From Fidelibacterota bacterium (lineage in GTDB: Bacteria; Fidelibacterota; Marinisomatia; Marinisomatales; S15-B10), in the NCBI GenBank assembly GCA_046861655.1, contig JBHIAI010000015.1:1-23020 (forward strand): DNA of 23,020 bases, given 5' to 3'. The translations under genes were made by a program, and so were the position numbers. This document shows, piece by piece, positions 19,532 to 23,020 of the stretch; the first letter of the stretch is position 1, and every line of letters begins with the position of its first letter. The notes below the pieces were generated by a model. That model was not told where the DNA came from, did no database searches, and saw only the letters and a program-made list of their open reading frames with translations.

Positions 19532-20741
19532 ATCTCAGCGACTCAATGGGATGGACCCGGGCTGCCTGGTAGGAAGGGGCCAGTCCCGATATCACGCCCA
19601 CCGACAAGGATAGAATGAAGGCAAGGACAGCCAGCCAGACGGGCATCACGGAAGGAAAGATGAACCTGTCGATGAGGCCACTGCCCACGAAGGCCAGCAC
19701 TAGTCCCACCCCTCCGGCCAGGCCGCATATCAGCACCGCTTCGGTGAGAAACTGGATCATGATGGCCCGCCTCGTTGCCCCCAGGGCCTTTCGGACTCCG
19801 ATTTCCCGGGTCCTTTCTTTCACCGACACGAACATAATATTCATGATTCCGATTCCCCCCACTACCAGGGACAAGACGGTGATGAATACACCCGTACCGC
19901 CGATGGCAAACTTGATGGCCCGGTACTGGCTCCTGAACGCTTCCTGCTGATTGATGGCGAAATCGTCCTTTTCCAGCGGTTTCAGTCCCCTGATTCGCCT
20001 CATGACCCCGGTGAGTTCATCCTGGGCTTCTTCCATCAGCTCCGGAGGGACTTTGACTTGAATCTGAGTCCACCCTCTCCGGGCAAATATTCTCTGAAAT
20101 GTGCCCAGGGGAATGATAGCCCTGTTGTCCTGACTGAAAAGACCCAGGAATTTTCCCTGTCTCTCCATCACCCCGATGACCCGGAAGGGATGGGGGCCAA
20201 ACCGTACCCGCTTGCCCACAGGATCATCATTCTCAAACAGTTCGTTGGCCACGTCATACCCCAGCACGCAAACGGGAGCGCCTCCCCGGTTTTCTCCTGG
20301 AGTGAAAAACCGTCCCCTTTCGACGGCAAACGTTACCGTCTGGATGTACTCTGGACTGGTCCCAAGGGTTCGTACCGTCTGTACTTCCCTGTCCCTGTAG
20401 GTAACGGAGGCAGTACGAGAGAGAACCGGGGCCACGGCAAGGGCGTACTGCGAAAGGTCCTGAATTCTGTCGGCGTACTCCACCTCCAGGTTTCTGCGGT
20501 TCCTGACTTCCCACCAGGCTTCCCTACCGCTGAACCACTTGTGCTTTGAGATAAAAAGGACGTCCCGGGACATGAAAGCGATGCTTCTTTCAAACGCCCG
20601 GTCCAGTCCCGAAATGAGGGTTCCCATAAGGGTAACCGCAACGATCCCGATAATCACTCCCAGGGTGGTCAGGAAAGCCCGCAGACGGTTGGTGCTTACG
20701 GACGAAAGGGCCATCCTCGCACTTTCCAGCCAGGTTCTCAT
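19524..20741 (-). CDS. MacB/FtsX-family ABC transporter permease
   Basis: NRLRAFLTTLGVIIGI, GGIGIMNIMFVSVKERTREIGVRKALGA and C-terminal HPIESLRYE. Confidence 0.93.
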   Translation of the reverse strand: MRTWLESARMALSSVSTNRLRAFLTTLGVIIGIVAVTLMGTLISGLDRAFERSIAFMSRDVLFISKHKWFSGREAWWEVRNRRNLEVEYADRIQDLSQYALAVAPVLSRTASVTYRDREVQTVRTLGTSPEYIQTVTFAVERGRFFTPGENRGGAPVCVLGYDVANELFENDDPVGKRVRFGPHPFRVIGVMERQGKFLGLFSQDNRAIIPLGTFQRIFARRGWTQIQVKVPPELMEEAQDELTGVMRRIRGLKPLEKDDFAINQQEAFRSQYRAIKFAIGGTGVFITVLSLVVGGIGIMNIMFVSVKERTREIGVRKALGATRRAIMIQFLTEAVLICGLAGGVGLVLAFVGSGLIDRFIFPSVMPVWLAVLAFILSLSVGVISGLAPSYQAARVHPIESLRYE

Positions 20742-20747
20742 CGTCCC

Positions 20748-21449
20748 CTATCCGGTACTATGGTGAACCTCATCCGTGATGCGTCCATCCAAGAGGTGGA
20801 GAGTCCGGGATGCCCGTTCGGCGATGTACTGTTCATGGGTTACCAGTACGATGGTGTTGCCACGTTCGTGAATCTCCTGAATGGTTTCCATAATCTCATG
20901 GCCTGTCTTGGAATCCAGATTTCCCGTAGGCTCATCGGCCAGGACAACCGACGGATCCGTTACCAGGGCCCGGGCGATGGCTACCCTCTGGCGCTCTCCT
21001 CCGGACAATTCGTTCGGCCGGTGATGCATTCGCGGCTCAAGACCCACGCTTCTCAGGGCCTGTTCGGCTCTGGACCGCCTTTCATCCCGGGGAACTCCCC
21101 GGTACACGAGGGGGAGCTCCACATTTGCCAGCGCCGTGGCCCTGGGCAGCAGATTAAAGGTCTGAAACACAAAACCGATCTTACGGTTCCGGATGGAAGC
21201 CAGCTGGTTGTCATCCATGGTATGGACCATCTCTCCCTCAAACTGATAGGTGCCGTGGCTGGGAACGTCCAGACATCCGATGATGTTCATGAGGGTGGAC
21301 TTTCCCGAGCCAGACGGTCCCATGATGGATATGTATTCGTTATTCTTGATGGTGAGATCGATATCCTTCAAAGCCCTCACTTTCTGACCCTCTCCGATTT
21401 CGTAGTCCCTGCTGACTTCCTTAAGGACGACGATGGAAGATTGTGCCAT
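20748..21449 (-). CDS. MacB/LolD-family ABC transporter ATP-binding protein
   Basis: Motifs [46 protein letters not shown] and VTHE. Confidence 0.95.
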   Translation of the reverse strand: MAQSSIVVLKEVSRDYEIGEGQKVRALKDIDLTIKNNEYISIMGPSGSGKSTLMNIIGCLDVPSHGTYQFEGEMVHTMDDNQLASIRNRKIGFVFQTFNLLPRATALANVELPLVYRGVPRDERRSRAEQALRSVGLEPRMHHRPNELSGGERQRVAIARALVTDPSVVLADEPTGNLDSKTGHEIMETIQEIHERGNTIVLVTHEQYIAERASRTLHLLDGRITDEVHHSTG

Positions 21450-21461
21450 GTTTCCCGGGGT

Positions 21462-22778
21462 CTACGGCCTCCGGCCGGGTGTGGGGTTGGTCTTTCTTTC
21501 CACCGGGGAACCGTGCTCCAATTCCCTGGATACGATCCTGTAGCTTCCCGTGATAATCTCTTCATTCTCTTCGAGTCCCGATAACACCTCATAATGGGTT
21601 TCACTGGAAAGACCCACCTTCACCTCTCGCTGCTCGGATACGGGGGGACCGTTCGATGTGTCCGCCACCACAAACACAACCTCAACCATGTTCTTCCTGG
21701 TCCACTCCCCCCCGTCGAAACCGTCCCCTGCCCCAGGGGGGCCCTTGCCACTTCCTCCCCCGGCCCGTCGTGACCGTCCACGGGAGGACTTCCGTCGACT
21801 TCCTGTGGATTCCCCCTTCAGTCCCGAGCCCGGGGGGACCCTGGACCTGACAGTCAAGGCCTGAATGGGAATGGCCAAAACGTCCGGTTTTACGTCCGTG
21901 ATAATATCCACCGTGGCCGACATGCCCTGGCGAATGCCCCTGGGAACATCAAAAAGGACAATCCGTACGTCAAAATTGGTCACCTGCTCCTGAGTCCCTA
22001 CGGCCGTTGTCTGGGCTACATGGGCTATCTCTTTTACCACCCCATGGAAAACGGTATCCTGGAAAGCGTCGATGCTGATTTCGGCCGTATCTCCGGGTGA
22101 AACGTCCACCACGTCGTTCTCGTTCACCTGTACCACCACTTCCATCTTGCTCAGATCTGCGATGGTCATCAAAACGTCAGCCTGGAAGGTGGATCCAAGG
22201 GCCATTTCCCCTTCTTCCTTTCTGATCTGAGTAACCATGCCGGAGCGGGGGGCCAGGAGAGTGGTCTTTGACAGCTCATCCATGGCCGATTTCAGAGCTG
22301 CTCCGGCCAGTTCCACCTCACTCTCCGCCATCTGAAACTGGGCCGTACTGGACTCCAGTTCCTGGCTGGAAATGAGGGCCTGGTCATACAGTTTTTCGGC
22401 CCTCTCCTTCAGAGCCTGCGCCTTAACCAGACTGGCTTCAGCCGCTTTGAGCCGGGAGTGGGCCTGATCCACCGCCGCCTCGTACCGGGTGCGGTCCAGG
22501 GAGATGAGATGTTGCCCCACCCGGACCGAATCCCCTTCCTCCACCAGAATGTCCATGATCAGAGCGCTGATATTGGCACTGATGTCCACCTCTCGCTGAG
22601 GCTGAATCGTTCCGGAACTGGTGACCTTGTGAACCACGGTCTGCCGATGAACTCTGGCGGTCTCAACTTCTATGGGTTCAACACCCGATCTCACAGTCTT
22701 CAGCCATACAAGGATTCCCGCGACGACCAGGACTGCACCTACGATCAGGATGTTCCGCCGTTTCTTGCTCTTTGCCAT
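21462..22778 (-). CDS. MacA-like efflux periplasmic adaptor (membrane fusion protein)
   Basis: Basic N-terminus plus TM helix; lipoyl halves VEEGDSVRVGQ and APRSGMV flank an alpha hairpin; IADLSKMEV, GMSATVDI and EVLSGLEENE. Confidence 0.92.
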   Translation of the reverse strand: MAKSKKRRNILIVGAVLVVAGILVWLKTVRSGVEPIEVETARVHRQTVVHKVTSSGTIQPQREVDISANISALIMDILVEEGDSVRVGQHLISLDRTRYEAAVDQAHSRLKAAEASLVKAQALKERAEKLYDQALISSQELESSTAQFQMAESEVELAGAALKSAMDELSKTTLLAPRSGMVTQIRKEEGEMALGSTFQADVLMTIADLSKMEVVVQVNENDVVDVSPGDTAEISIDAFQDTVFHGVVKEIAHVAQTTAVGTQEQVTNFDVRIVLFDVPRGIRQGMSATVDIITDVKPDVLAIPIQALTVRSRVPPGSGLKGESTGSRRKSSRGRSRRAGGGSGKGPPGAGDGFDGGEWTRKNMVEVVFVVADTSNGPPVSEQREVKVGLSSETHYEVLSGLEENEEIITGSYRIVSRELEHGSPVERKTNPTPGRRP

Positions 22779-22798
22779 GAGTTTTCCTTGATAAAAGT

Positions 22799-23020
22799 CT
22801 ACGTTTTTCCCATGAGGGCCCTGAGTTCCGCCTGGAGGATCTTTCTGTCGTACGTGGCCGTCACCAGGGAACTGTTGGCCCTCACCACCGATAATTGTGC
22901 GTCCAGAACATCCAGAATGGTGGCTGCCCCCAGGTTGTAGCGCTCCTGAGCCAGCCTCAGGTCTTCCTCGGCCGCCTGCTTGGTCCGCTCGAACACCGGA
23001 ATGATTTCATCGAGATTCTT
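22799..23020 (-). CDS. TolC-family outer membrane efflux protein, C-terminal part (5' truncated by the window edge)
   Basis: Frame is open to the window edge. AAEEDLRLAQERYNLGAATILDVLDAQ is the typical OEP C-terminal motif, and the gene lies upstream of the adaptor. Confidence 0.88.
   Translation of the reverse strand, partial: KNLDEIIPVFERTKQAAEEDLRLAQERYNLGAATILDVLDAQLSVVRANSSLVTATYDRKILQAELRALMGKT

Noticed and set aside
18251..21449. ATPase plus two permeases as LolCDE
   Set aside because: The GIMNIM..ER..EIG.RKA.GA signature and the adjacent adaptor and TolC indicate a MacAB-TolC-type exporter.

Overview
Chromosomal core region of a GC-rich Gram-negative bacterium. Gene order and protein style suggest the FCB superphylum, possibly Marinimicrobia-like; this is inference, not verified. 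The + strand carries a short operon: an LpxH-like metallophosphoesterase, a HEAT-repeat lipoprotein and a coiled-coil/FxLYD-like lipoprotein. It converges on a ~19.5 kb minus-strand run: tolC (partial), MacA-like adaptor, ABC ATPase, two MacB/FtsX-type permeases, gatC, kdsB, pyrG, kdsA, kdsC, kdsD, lptC, lptB, rpoN, hflK, hflC, hslV, hslU, argF and an uncharacterised helical-repeat protein. No RNA genes, CRISPR arrays or mobile elements were seen. The most notable points are: (i) three uncharacterised, probably exported alpha-helical proteins beside lipid A/LPS genes, in a locus that lacks lptA and has a lipobox-bearing LptC; (ii) a sigma54 -24/-12-like site lying over the predicted start of a sigma70 promoter ahead of the operon containing rpoN, bracketed by an anti-SD inverted repeat; (iii) enrichment of Bacteroidota-type D-S/T-hydrophobic O-glycosylation sequons in several exported proteins; (iv) hflKC translationally coupled to hslVU.
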